DNA from: Lingula anatina
Taxonomy: Eukaryota; Animalia; Brachiopoda
DNA length: 64,000 bases
Assembly: GCA_051362555.1 (NCBI GenBank)
Contig: CM120641.1
Coordinates: 17,732,001-17,796,000 of the forward strand
Direction of reading: 5' to 3'
In this document: in pieces, positions 13,049-25,200 of the stretch
How positions within the stretch are numbered: the first letter of the stretch is position 1
Layout: the number at the start of each line of letters is the position of its first letter
The notes under the pieces: model-generated
The model's database searches: none
Told to the model about the DNA's origin: nothing
Seen by the model: the letters and a program-made list of their open reading frames with translations, nothing else
Position numbers and translations under genes: made by a program

Positions 13049-16000
13049 ATGGCAACCGCAGGAAAGGAAGTCGCGAGAGTCGCTCTGAGATGCCAGGCTG
13101 CAAAGGAAGAGAATAGACTAGGCAAGTATCGATATACGTTAATGATGTGTCCACAATGAATATAGCAGGATCATTTTTTTTTCTTCTTGCAATAAATATT
13201 TGTGATACATGTACGTATTATAAGCCCAGGTAGATGTGGCTTCCTACTGTACTACCTGTCCTACCTAGGTGTATTCACTTGCCATGAAAACCCTGAAAAT
13301 GCAATTTAAAGCGATATCGGTGGATGCATGTCTATCCCTGCAAGGATACATCACATTCAGAATGTACACGTTTTCCTTTGCATTTAAAGTTGTCCTTGGC
13401 ACTTTTTTTATCAAGTAAATTAAGAAATAAAATAATGCACACAGCAGGTTCAATATAATAAGATGCTGATACATTGTAATGTCTACAATTTAGAACAAGT
13501 CAAATATGTACCGCACAGGTATATCCAAGATGGCAATAAGTGGGGAAGGGCAGACAAAAATTTATCTTCCATGCAGATTTTGCCCTTATCCAATTGCATG
13601 ATTGAAGGTACATGTATTTTTCAACATGGTTCTGCATGTAGGCATAAAAATGTGTTTTCAGAAGATGGAGCACTAGGGGTGTATAGATGTGGAAAATAAA
13701 TGCTGTGAAGTTGTTAAAAGGTTGAGGGGGCTCCCACCTGGATAAGATGTGTGATGTGTACAAAATATTAAAGAAATCTCAATATACACACGTACGTACA
13801 TACCCCTGTAGTAGTGAGTCTTGCTGTGCATTGAATACTGACCCACAGTCAGAGGTAATTACCACTGGAATGACTGGATCACTCCTCTCCTGAGATCAGC
13901 TTGATCAGTGTTAAAAAATGATCTGAGAGATTTTTAGATGAGTTTTTCATCTGCCGCAAAAAGGAGCTCTATACCGCTAGACACCATGTACTGCATATTA
14001 TATATTTTTCTTGTTGACCTCTTTTATCTTTACAATTATTTTACCATTTACGTGAAAGCCAATAAAGAGAGGAGAACTTTCCATGTAAGAAATAATGTTA
14101 TATCAGAGAGGATATGTAGCATTGCATTTATTTCAGATTTATGTATTCTACATGTAAATGTATGCAAAGAGAACACCAAGGACTGGACAGTGGTCACTAA
14201 GATTATTCACTTATGGCAATCTGATATTTCAATTTACAGTTTTTCACAGAAATGAAAAGATAAATGAAGTAAAATAAGAATCACAAATGATGTGTTGGAT
14301 GTAGTCTTGCTAAAACTAAATGTGCACATGCATGCTGTGCAGTATATATACTTTTGCTAATTTTGGTGCCTCTTGTTTTTTATTAATTTTTAGTTTGATA
14401 GGTAAAGTTGCACTTTTTATGATATATAACAAAGTAAAAACAGTCACCTTACAATGTCAAAATTCCATTTTAAGTTTGAAATGAAACCATATTTTGGAGG
14501 CCACTCCAACTCTTGATCAACTTAATATGCTTATGATGCTCATCTGCCTTGTATAAAATTTGAATAAACAGAAGCATGTATTAAGTGTAAGCAGCACAAT
14601 TTACAGGGAACTTGCATAAGAACTAATTAAACTGTTTCCTCACCCATCAGTAGCTCAGTTTCTCTATGCATAGAAAAGAAGAGATAAAAGCAGCTTATTT
14701 TTCTATGTTCACAGGGGGTGGAGGCCTCTTCACATACCAGGTTTTTATTCTGAATAAACATTTTAGTAGTTAAGAATACTATTTAGAAAGCAAAGGGAAA
14801 AGAATGTCACAAGCATCATATGTGCAGTAGATTTTAAAGTACACCATGGAAGAATGTGTGTAAGTGAGGTTATATGTGATGGAATAAGCCTAAATTGTAT
14901 CCAACAGCACTGGAGTGGCGATTGATTTTTTTTTTTTTTTTTTAGTTAAAATGTAGAACTGCCACATGGACAAGGGAGCACTTTGGGATTTTACTTGTAT
15001 AGTAGGCATGCTGAAAATTTTACTTTTTGGTATGTGTTATTTCTGTTTATAAATTTACTTTGGAGTAGAAGAAGAAACTACTTTCTTTAGTGTATAGCTG
15101 TAAGATGTAATTCTAGAGCTCTCATAATTAATGCATTGTATTTCTCAAAAAATATTTTCTCTAAAAAATTGCCAGGGTCATTTTCAGAAATCAGTTAAGT
15201 TCTTCAAAGAAAAACTGTCTTGAGCACAATTAGGATGATATGTCGGCTGCATGTTTTCCTTTCATCCTTTAAGGTGTCAAATTACCTGCATATGTTTTGA
15301 CCAAATAAGGTGCAAACTTGATATGCCCTGCATGCTAAATCCCAACAGCAGATGTGTGCCCACATTGTTCACCTGTTTACACTGTGTAACATATGGAATT
15401 GGCATGTGAAAATTGGAACTGTGTGTAACTGATTTTAGGTAAAGGGACCATGTCAAGTTAAGCATCTTTGTTTAAGCAGTTGTACTTTTATGTGGTTACA
15501 AATGCAGGTTGCATTCCTGTATAAACATCAACAATATTATCATTGTATAGATACTGTGCAGTTATTGTATTAACAATTTTTACATACATGGCGAGTTAAT
15601 TTTTTTTCTTTTTTTTCAGCTAATCTGTTTAATAATTCTAATCAAACTAATTGTAGACAACAGAAAATAAAATTAAATGTGTAAAAATTCTGACTCAGAT
15701 GGAATTATATTAGTTCCTTGACCACCACTGAAGACTTTTTTCAGTTAAAGCAATAATAACTCTTCGTTTCGGCCAAAAAATGAATTTTCCTGGAGTAAAC
15801 ATCAATTTTCCCATGCTTACCAATAGTTAATGAATCCATTTTTACATTCAAAGTTAGTCCCTGGTTTTTTTCTAAAAAGTTGGGTTTTTTGTTAAAATCT
15901 CTTAAGAGATTTTAACAGAGTATAGACATCAATGGAGGTCACGTGGTCTAAAGACAAGTTCAAATATCAGAATAAAAGCTATAACTGCTGTTTTTGTGGT

Positions 16001-18710
16001 AAAACAGAATATATTATATTTCTATGAGTTATTCACAAGGTTTTTATTGTGAAATATAGGTCTCATACAAAGAGTTATTATGCCTTTAACAAAATGTAAG
16101 TTTTTGTGATTAATCTTAGATTAAGATAATATTTATCACAAGTTCATTTTGAGTCAACATCTCTGGAGAAAATATGAAATATAAGAAAATGCATAATAAA
16201 TGTGTTTGTGATTTGTGACCCTTTCTTACGGTATCATCATTTTGTTTCAGATCTTTCCCAGTGTTCTTTAATGATGGTGCCAGAGGCTGTGTTTTTCCTC
16301 ATGAAGCATATCCAACTTGAGAGCTGTGATTTGTCTGCCAATGTGCTGAAGAGAATTCCATCCAAACTTGGTATTAAGTTCAATCATTTAACAGGTAATT
16401 CATATGTATTCCATTGACATATATATATGTTTGTTGTTTACAGTGTTGTTTTTATGCCTTCTAAAGAGGAATGAATATTAGATTAACAAGTGATGAAATC
16501 ATTCATGACAAAGTGAATATAAACAGATCTTCACTGTGTGCATAATTTTTATGAAATCGATCATGTTTTGCATGAATCCTTCCACCAAACAACATTTTAT
16601 GTGATCTATAATATTTTAGAAGAATTAGTCTTATAGAGACAACAGAGCAGAAAACAAATTGATGAAATTTATTTTAAAATAAGAAAAAAAACCAAACTGG
16701 TGGATTTTATGTGCAGGATGCCTAAAAATACTTGGAAGGGGTTCCATATTGTGTAAGGAGTTGAAAATGGTTCTTGGCCAACAGCTGGCAAACAGCAAAT
16801 GTCAGTCTAAATATGCTACAAAAACAGGCACAGCAGTGGGTCCATCTCAAATAAACTTCATTTCTCATTTTCACTAAAAGATTATCAGTTCATCTGTATA
16901 CCTGACTACCTGGCAACTGCCATTTCCTTTGGTATTGAAATTTTGGCATGTGCCCCTGAAACAGCAAGAACAGATCACCTTGAGCAGGAAGAAATACCTG
17001 TGTTGCCATAGCAACTAATTGAAATATGTTCTAGGTCAGCTGCTGTTTTTGGGGAGATAAATTGCTTCCAGCTATCTCTGGGTTAATAGGGATCTTGAAA
17101 ACAGTATAACTATTACAGTGTACTCTATACTTCTTTAATATGCATCTTTTAATTTTCAGCATGCCCCCCTTATTTTTTTTTTGTTGTGCATTGTTTGCTT
17201 ATTTTAGACATATAACTAAAAAGTTTACCAAGTTAATGATGGATTTGTTTAAAATGAGGCAATAAAATGTTATAGTTTTCTTATTTTTTTTATTTATCAA
17301 TAATCTGGATTTTATGTCTTTGTTTCTTACTATATCATTATGTATACAGACCCTCTTGCTTCTGTACTTATAATTTCCATTTTAGTTCAGGACAGGTGTA
17401 TGTGGCAGTGGGGGGGAGAGGTTTGAAGGGAAAGAGGTCCCCTTTCTCAATGAGAAAAAACTTAAAATGACTGGCAAAAGGCCAGTGTGTGTGTGTGTGT
17501 GAGAGTGTCTGTTTGTGAGCTACAGGGAGAGAAGACAGAGAGAGAAATTAATGAATCATATGTTCTGTTAATGAGGTATGCCAATCACATATTTTTGTAT
17601 TTTGCAGAACTTAATCTGTGCAGTAACCGCCTGGTGGATCTTCCAGCAGAGATGAAGGAAATGACAGAACTGAAGACACTGGATATCTCTCACAACAACT
17701 TCCCTACTCTTCCCAAAGTCATCTACAAGCTCAACTCTCTCTCCACCATCAATGCTGAGAAAAACATCATCACAGGTATAAAATAGAATCTTTGGGGGAC
17801 ATAAAGAAAAGCAGAGTATCATTTTTCAGAATTTGTCAAACCTTATTATCCTATTGAACCATAAACTCCAAAATACTGTAGGTATCTTTTAAAGACCAAA
17901 ATTAATGGTTGAATAACTAAACCTAGCTAGGATAACTTCATGATAAAGAACAAGCTTTAGGACAAAAAAACAAAAAAAAAATGATGAAAATGACTCACTA
18001 GGGGTGTTTTGCCAATGGATATGTTAATTACAGTGATCAAATAATGGAAGAATGTCTTTAATAGGTAATGTTCCAGTATTTCTAAAATCTTCTATGCATC
18101 AAAATAGACGTACCGTATGCAATCAAACCTGTATTATGCAATATCTTTCATCACATATTATACCCATTAAAGATTTAGTGCATAGAGCAGCCTATTTAAT
18201 TTGATTTGATACCTCACTTCAAACATAAAAAGTTTAGAACTGTTGAATTGATGTCTAAGGGCTCATTCCCACTGAAACTACAGGTCTAGGTAGATCGATC
18301 CAACTTCGCAAGGACTCTCAATGAATATTGCATTCAGTTTACTTAACAGATAAACACGCTCTTTTTGTTTCCAATATACTTGTATAATCACCAGCATCTC
18401 TGTTTTCTACTCAACACCTGTTAAACTGATTGATAGGCGTTAGTCCCCACAGAGTTGAATAGATCGATCAATCTACATAAACTGATAGTTTCAATGGGAA
18501 TGAGCCCGAGCTTAATTGTAAAAGTACACATTTCCTTTGCGGTGTATTTCAGATGTGGAAGTTAACAAGCTGAACACAATGACATCACTGCATGAAGTCA
18601 ACCTTCTGGAGAATCCTCTTCCCAGCAGTCTTTGTGAGGCGCTTAAATCCATCCAGCTGTTTACTGTACATTTCACAGAGCCAGAGGAAACCTTTGATAA
18701 AGTGGATTAA
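13049..18710 (+). CDS. LRRC20: Leucine-rich repeat-containing protein 20, 180 aa
   Basis: Exons 13049-13121 (MATAGKEVARVALRCQAAKEENRL, GC donor), 16251-16394 (DLSQCSLMMVPEAVFFLMKHIQLESCDLSANVLKRIPSKLGIKFNHLT), 17608-17775 (ELNLCSNRLVDLPAEMKEMTELKTLDISHNNFPTLPKVIYKLNSLSTINAEKNIIT) and 18553-18710 (DVEVNKLNTMTSLHEVNLLENPL...KVD*); 543 nt, all in phase. The G.EVARVA N-terminus, DL..C.L...P.AVF and overall size match LRRC20. Confidence 0.9.
15749..16085 (+). mobile_element. Kolobok-like MITE in LRRC20 intron 1
   Basis: TTAA|AGCAATAATAACTCTTCG ... AGAGTTATTATGCCT|TTAA; near-identical to 18815-19144. Confidence 0.85.
18259..18507. mobile_element. PIF/Harbinger-like MITE in LRRC20 intron 3
   Basis: TIR GGGCTCATTCCCAYTGAAACTA ... 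TAGTTTCAATGGGAATGAGCCC, preceded by TAA. Same family as 61902-62098; a partial copy lies at about 19150-19350. Confidence 0.75.
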
Positions 18711-18814
18711 ATATTGCAAAAACAGTCAGTTGTACTCTGTACTTCATCACATTCTTATTAACACACAGTAAACATTCTGATTTGATAAGAAAATTCATTG
18801 AAATAGTAGTTTAA

Positions 18815-19144
18815 AGGGATAATAACTCTTCATTTTGGCCAAAAAATGAATTTTCCTGGAGTAAATAACAATTTTCCCATACTTACCAATGGTTAATGAG
18901 TCCATTTTTACATTCAAAGTTAGTCCCTGGTTTTTTTTCTAAAAAGCTTGGTTTTTTTGTTAAAATCTCTTAAGAGATTTTAACAGAGTATAGCCATCAA
19001 TGGAGGTCACGTGGTCTAAAGACAAGCTCAGATATCAGAATAATAGCTATAACTGAGGTAAAGCAGAATATATTATATTTCTATGAGTTATCCACAATGT
19101 TTTTATTGTGAAATATAGATCTCATACGAAGAGTTATTATCCCT
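18815..19144 (+). mobile_element. Kolobok-like MITE in the LRRC20 3' region
   Basis: TIR AGGGATAATAACTCTT ... AAGAGTTATTATCCCT with a TTAA TSD on both sides. AG-starting ends plus TTAA fit Kolobok rather than piggyBac (CCC/CCT-starting ends). Confidence 0.85.
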
Positions 19145-21217
19145 TTAAGGAATAATGTAGATTACATGCAATCAGATTAGCAGATTAACATGCCTCCTAT
19201 TGTTTCCAATATACTCGTATAATTACCAGCTTTTCTGTATTCTACTCAACAGGAAGAGGAGCCTTGTTAATCTGTTAAACTGATAACATTTAGTGATAGT
19301 CCCTTCAGAGTTGTATTGATCTATGTAGACAGATATTTTTAATGGGAATTCTTACAGGTGTCTCATGTAAAACATTTTGAAATTCATTGTTGATGCATTG
19401 TCACATCTAACACATTGTTTTATTAAAGAACGTTAAAACAAAATAGATACTACACTGTCACAGACAGGTATTAGAATGTCACATACTGTATATGCTCACA
19501 TTGCATAAATTAAAATCCTTGTTATAGTTAGATATTTTCTGGAAAGCTCATTAATTGCATAATCAGTCTTCCACTAGAGTTGGTGTGTTGTCAATATTAT
19601 TTTTAAAAAGTTATAACAATTTAATTTTTAATGCAATGCCTTATATGAATATTTGGAATTATGGTGATTTGTCTTCCAGTGATGAAAGGTATTGGTTTTG
19701 TTTTCCAGTTTCTATGCAAGATTGAATTTTAGTAGCTGCATGATTAAAAAGGTCAAGCAGATTTTAAACGAATAAGTAACGGGGCCATTTATTTTGTTCT
19801 GGAAGTACTTTCTGTGCTTATTGTAACTTTACAAATTAGATAAAAGAATTGGAAGAATTTGTTAGATTGTTTTGACAAATGAATCGATGGTTCATTCATG
19901 GACACATTTGCAAGAGGATATAGCCTTACAGTGCAGTAGAATGTATGGACTACAAATGCTTTCTTTTTCAAAATGTGCCAAATATTTGTTTTGTTTAAGA
20001 AATTACTAAGTAGGTGCATATAAGATTTTAAAGTACAGTTTCTGTTATTGCATTTTAAATTGTCCAGATAGTTATGAGGAATAAAAATAATTTATTAATT
20101 GTTATATTTGCAAAATGAAAATTATACAAAATACTTTGTTTTCAGTTTTGGTGAATTATAAAAATGCAGCTGTGTAACTGCAGCAAAATGTTCTTGGGAG
20201 ACTTGTACAGGCATTGAAGCTGAAGTTAAAAACTTTTTCAAAATGAAATATCAGAGCGAAAATCTATAAATAGTTAGGTAGTGTTGTAATATTTATAAAT
20301 ATTTGTAGAGATTACCTATTACGCAATAATGTATTCCTATATTTATTGAAGGATTCTGTTGATGTGAGCAAGAGACATACCAGTGCAATAACATATATTA
20401 GCAATATTTATGATGCAATCTTTTTTAAATTGAAATTGTATCTGTCAGAGGATTTGATTTGATCAAGTCACGAGTGTAATACTGTCAGAAAGTGCTTAAT
20501 ATACGTGTAAGGTTATTTGTGATTTATAGTTTCAAAAAGACTAATTATCAAAATACTCATTTCATATACTGGCGTGTTGTCAGCTTGTTCATTCCTTTCA
20601 CATAGACAAGGGTTATTTGCGTTGCATATAATTTTTCGTTCTCGGATAAAGTTGGTTTCTATATTCCATGTTTTTATGTTACGATATACATGTATATTGT
20701 TTTAAAGTTATTATTCACTAGGTATATTTATGTGTGTTTAATTAATATATGCAGTAAATACGCTTTTGATTACGCTTTTGATTATGCTTTCATTTCCTTC
20801 GCATTAGTGTGTATATTAGATGAGTGATGACGGTTTTAATAATGCTTTTGATAATTGACAAAAAAGGCGAAGTACCAAGAATTTAGTCTTGGTGTTCTCG
20901 ATCAAACGTAGAAGTATGGACCAAAGTTACTTGTTGACACTAAGGGATATCTACTGTTTGTTCTGTTTAAAAACGATTTTCCTGTAGTAAACGTCTATTT
21001 CCCCATACTAACAAATGGTTAATGAATCCAGTCCGACATTCAAAATTTTTCCTTGGGGTTTTTTTCTAAAAAGTTTTTTTTTTTTTTTTTTTTTTTTTTT
21101 GTAATAATCTCTTTAGATTTGTTCCTAATATTTTCGTTCCAAAGTCCACGTCTCGGGTAATACACGTGACCTATTATTTATTTGATTTGCTTATAAATTA
21201 AAAACAAAATCACATAT

Positions 21218-21485
21218 TAAAACGATGGAGCGTTTATTGCATCATAACCTTTCTCGGGCGTCACATTCAACGGCAGATAATATTTGTTCGATTTCTTTTT
21301 AAATGTTAAACAAATTTACTTTTCAAACGATGGAGCGTTTATTGCATCGCAACCTTCCTCGGACGTCACATTCGACAGTGGATGATGTTTGTTCGATTTG
21401 CTATAAAATTTAGAACAAAATCAAATATTTAAACGATGGAGCGTTTATTGCATCGTAACCTGCCTCGGACGTCACATTCAACAGC
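21218..21485. repeat. Tandem repeat, about 105-bp unit, three copies
   Basis: AAACGATGGAGCGTTTATTGCATC..AACCT..CTCGG.CGTCACATTC recurs at about 21220, 21325 and 21431. Confidence 0.85.
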
Positions 21486-22259
21486 GTGTGGGTATATGGT
21501 TTCAACAAGCATTTGAAACGTCAAGTATACTGCTGTGGTAAAGAAACGGTTACAAAAATTATCTAAATTGGCAGCGCCACTAATATCACATAACACAAAG
21601 TTTGTGAACCTTTCAAGCATAATAAATATAGAACCAAATTATATCTGATCTCCGACTTAATAGCTATGACTGACCACGCCCAAGATAACATATACACAGG
21701 GTTTAAAAACTCATATTGCACGTTCCCGCCCGTGTTTATTAGGAAAAGGATTATATAAATTTAAAAATGTTCATAGAAATGGATCACATTGGCCTTTATT
21801 AATTTTGCTTAAATGTTTTGGCATTACTTTCTCAATGACTTTTAACTCTAATTGTCTACAAAACATTCCAAACTTTAAAATGTAATACCACGTGCTGTAA
21901 AATTCGTCTAAAATATGTCTCCTTTTAGCACACAAACCCCCTACGGAAGCACTATCATACTTATGATTTATACCATAGGCAAAGATAGAGATAAATGTGA
22001 AAGCCCCTAAAAGTTATGTTACACAAAACTATCAGCTTCGTAAATTCATCTCCAGGACATCACATAATAGGGAGGTTCTGAGCGCCATCTTTGGGAGTAC
22101 TGGGGAGAATGGGTTTGAAAGCGCATGATGATGATATCAGAGCTCCGGACATGTACAGCAGTTTCAACTTCTTCAACGCCAGATGCTGCCCCGCCGTAAT
22201 GTTGCCACGTCTTCATCTTCTCAGCTTGCACGCTCGAGTTTGTCGCCTCAGTGAAGTCT

Positions 22260-25200
22260 TTAGAAGTCTGACACGGCGTCCACTCCACCGTCGTCGCTGA
22301 CAACGTGTGTTAAAGTTTGGAAAGATCTTGATTGTTTGACGTCCATGGTTGTCTGTTTGCCTGGTTCTTCGTGAACCATCCTGTACACGGCTGATTGGGT
22401 GTAGTCAGGCTCGTGAGATGCACTGCCAGCAACTCTGCAAAGAGACAAAAAGTTCTTCAGTTTTGTACTTCATTGTTTTCTGATAACAAGAGGCGTGATA
22501 AGGTATTGTATTGTATTGTATTGTATTGTATTGGTTCGCACCGCAGCGTGGTGCACCATAGTTTGCTGTGCAGTCTGTGACGAATGAACTGCCACGTTGA
22601 GATGTTGTAGTTTGGGGAAGCTTCCAAAAACAAACCCTTGGATTAATCTCAGTAATAATAGCTACATTCCAAACAAAGGTGCCTTCCTGGGACGCCTCAT
22701 ACTTATATAAGAACACGGGTATAAGTAGGAACTGTATTCTTTGGAACCGTTTTCAAAAGAAAAAAGAACATGCTAGCTCTTGGGGGATGTTTTGCCACGT
22801 ATTTGTAATATTGGGGTCACTATATATATATAGAGTAATCGAATGGACGGAATAAAATAACCACCGACAACTAGAAAAGCACTCAGAGAGCGCAGACCTC
22901 CGCCAAGGCAGCTCAGTTCCCCCTATCATACTATCTCGAACGTCTTTATTTGTTAGAGGAGACAATAATACTTCTCAGCAACAATACTTCTCTTTAAAGC
23001 ATTTTATTTCGTTTCTTCAAATCATAATGAAATCAGTAATCATAACGAAAAATAGACTATATATAAAGAATCCTTTAAAAAATCTTGGATCCAGACGGTG
23101 ATCCAGATCACCACCAAAAACTAATCACTTCTAAGTTAACCCATTTCTGACCTACCCTGAAAATTCCATCGAAATTCATCCATAACTTTTTGAGTTATGT
23201 TGATGACAAACAGAAAGACAGACAGACAAACAAACAAACAGGGGTGAAAACATAACCTCCTTGGCGGAGTTAATGATGCTACTTACTGCATGGTTCCCTC
23301 GGCTCCAGTGCCCCGAAGCTGTCCTTCCATTGATTGCCTAACATTGTCAGTCGAGTAGAGTTTCATAGGTGAGTTGAACTGCAAGTGCGCTGCTGTGGGA
23401 CCTTGCTTATGGCCTTGTACTGTCTCTACTCTGGTGCCTGACGCTCCACCTGCGGGCGGGCCGGCGTGGTGACCAGGGGAGAACGGCTGACTGACGGCCG
23501 GCTGGGATGGAGAGAAAGACACAGCCTTGTACTGAGGAGCACCTGGCGAGGCATGAGCAGCGCCACCTGCTGGTTGTTTCACTTCCCATGGCCTACCCAC
23601 ACTAGCGCCCGACTTCAGGGTTCCCCGCCATGCTGGTGCATAGGAACCCTCCTCGTATTCCTCTGCCGCAGGGGCCGGTGCTGGTGCGTGGTGTTGGGGC
23701 TTGGCAGGCACAGGAGGAGGTGGTGGCTTTCGGTTGACAGGTGGTTCGTATTGGTAAGCTGGCTCGTACTGGCGCCTGGGGGACGGTTTGTTGGCATCGT
23801 GTCCTGGAGACCAACCAGTGAAGTCAGAAGCAGACTTATCGGTGCGGATGACAGGTCGTCTACCAGTACGTCTAGGCTGGGCTGGAGAGGGAAATGGAGA
23901 ATTATTGAATTGTTCAAAGTGAAATGCAGTTGTTTATTTCATGTAACACAATGAAACATTATGAAAAATATACTAATAAAAATTATGCATATATTGACAT
24001 ACTCCAAATGATATCGAAACTATTTAAGAACCTTTTGAAGATTTTCAGGCCATTTGCAAGGAATGCTTGTTAATGCCATATGGTTAATCGTTTTAACGTT
24101 TTTATCATAACGAACTAGAATGACGGGCGTAAAGTGAAGTGCTATGAATTTAACTTCGTTGTATGTGAATGGCAAAGAATATTGAAGTCCATTGGGACTA
24201 CTTGAAGCATGAACACGTTTAAGTATTCCAGTATAATTTCCAACAGTGCATTCATTCTTCATACAGAATAATACTTTTTAATCTGTGCAACAAGCATGCG
24301 GAACAGTAACTTGCAAAGCAGGATCAGAAAGATCTGAAAAGAGAAATATAAAATTGCATTAGACACGTGCATCGTGTTGTAATGTGCTTATTCCCCCTTT
24401 CTGTTCGCCAAAATGCACACGTGAGGAGGGAGGCATTCTGTTCTGTTTTACTCGCACAAACCACATCTCAATATTGTGGAACTGGGAAGATGGGCCATTG
24501 AATTGCTATTTGTGATAAGCTGTGAAAAACTTCCCATAAGAAGGAGAGGAGGAAGAGGAAAAAGTAGGACTTAAGACACGATACTATATACTTCAAAACA
24601 AGATACTGGACCGGAGATACTTATAAACAGATATGTGGCACGCAGACCTAGAAAAGTCCTGTGTAGGCCTTTGGGGAGCTGGGTGAGGTCTCTCTTGAGG
24701 CTACGGATACATGGGCATATATTTGATAGAACTGGAGACACCAAAGAGCAAATTTCCTAAAGGTCAAGGCGAAAGACACCCCAATCAAAGAGTCGTAAGA
24801 GGTTGTGCAAAACGTATTCATGAGGATAAACGATTCGAAGGGAAATGCCATGATTCAGTAGCCAAGCACAGAGAAATTGGACACAACATACTCAGCCAGT
24901 CCTGATACCCTTTGGCTCTGTTTTTGACACTGTCATAGACATACGGCTTATCTGGTGGCGGCGTCCCGACCTCTGGGAGACAAAATTCAAGAGACCATTA
25001 TCATGGAGATTTGTACAGATTATCATTTTAAAAATTAAGATATATATATAAGTATCTCCCTACTCATCATGGGATTGTTCATCTCGTTACAATACATGCT
25101 CGAATACTCACAAAAGAGGAAGAGGGTTTTCACTATTACTGCATTTCAGTATTCGCTGTTCTAAAATAGTTGCTCTCAAAAATGCATATTTGATTCAGCC

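Noticed and set aside
21218-21485. Three repeats with variable spacers, superficially CRISPR-like
   Set aside because: Eukaryotic context, no cas genes, and the 'spacers' are themselves similar; an ordinary tandem repeat.
22046-22303. ORF downstream of the paralog A stop as a possible LIM-coding continuation
   Set aside because: Different frame and no CxxC...HxxC pattern; likely 3' UTR.
23466-23954. 162-aa plus-strand ORF and other antisense ORFs over GC-rich exons (also 27678-27989, 33826-34101, 48708-48962, 49266-49626, 49866-50135)
   Set aside because: Shadow frames of the real Pro-rich exons on the opposite strand.
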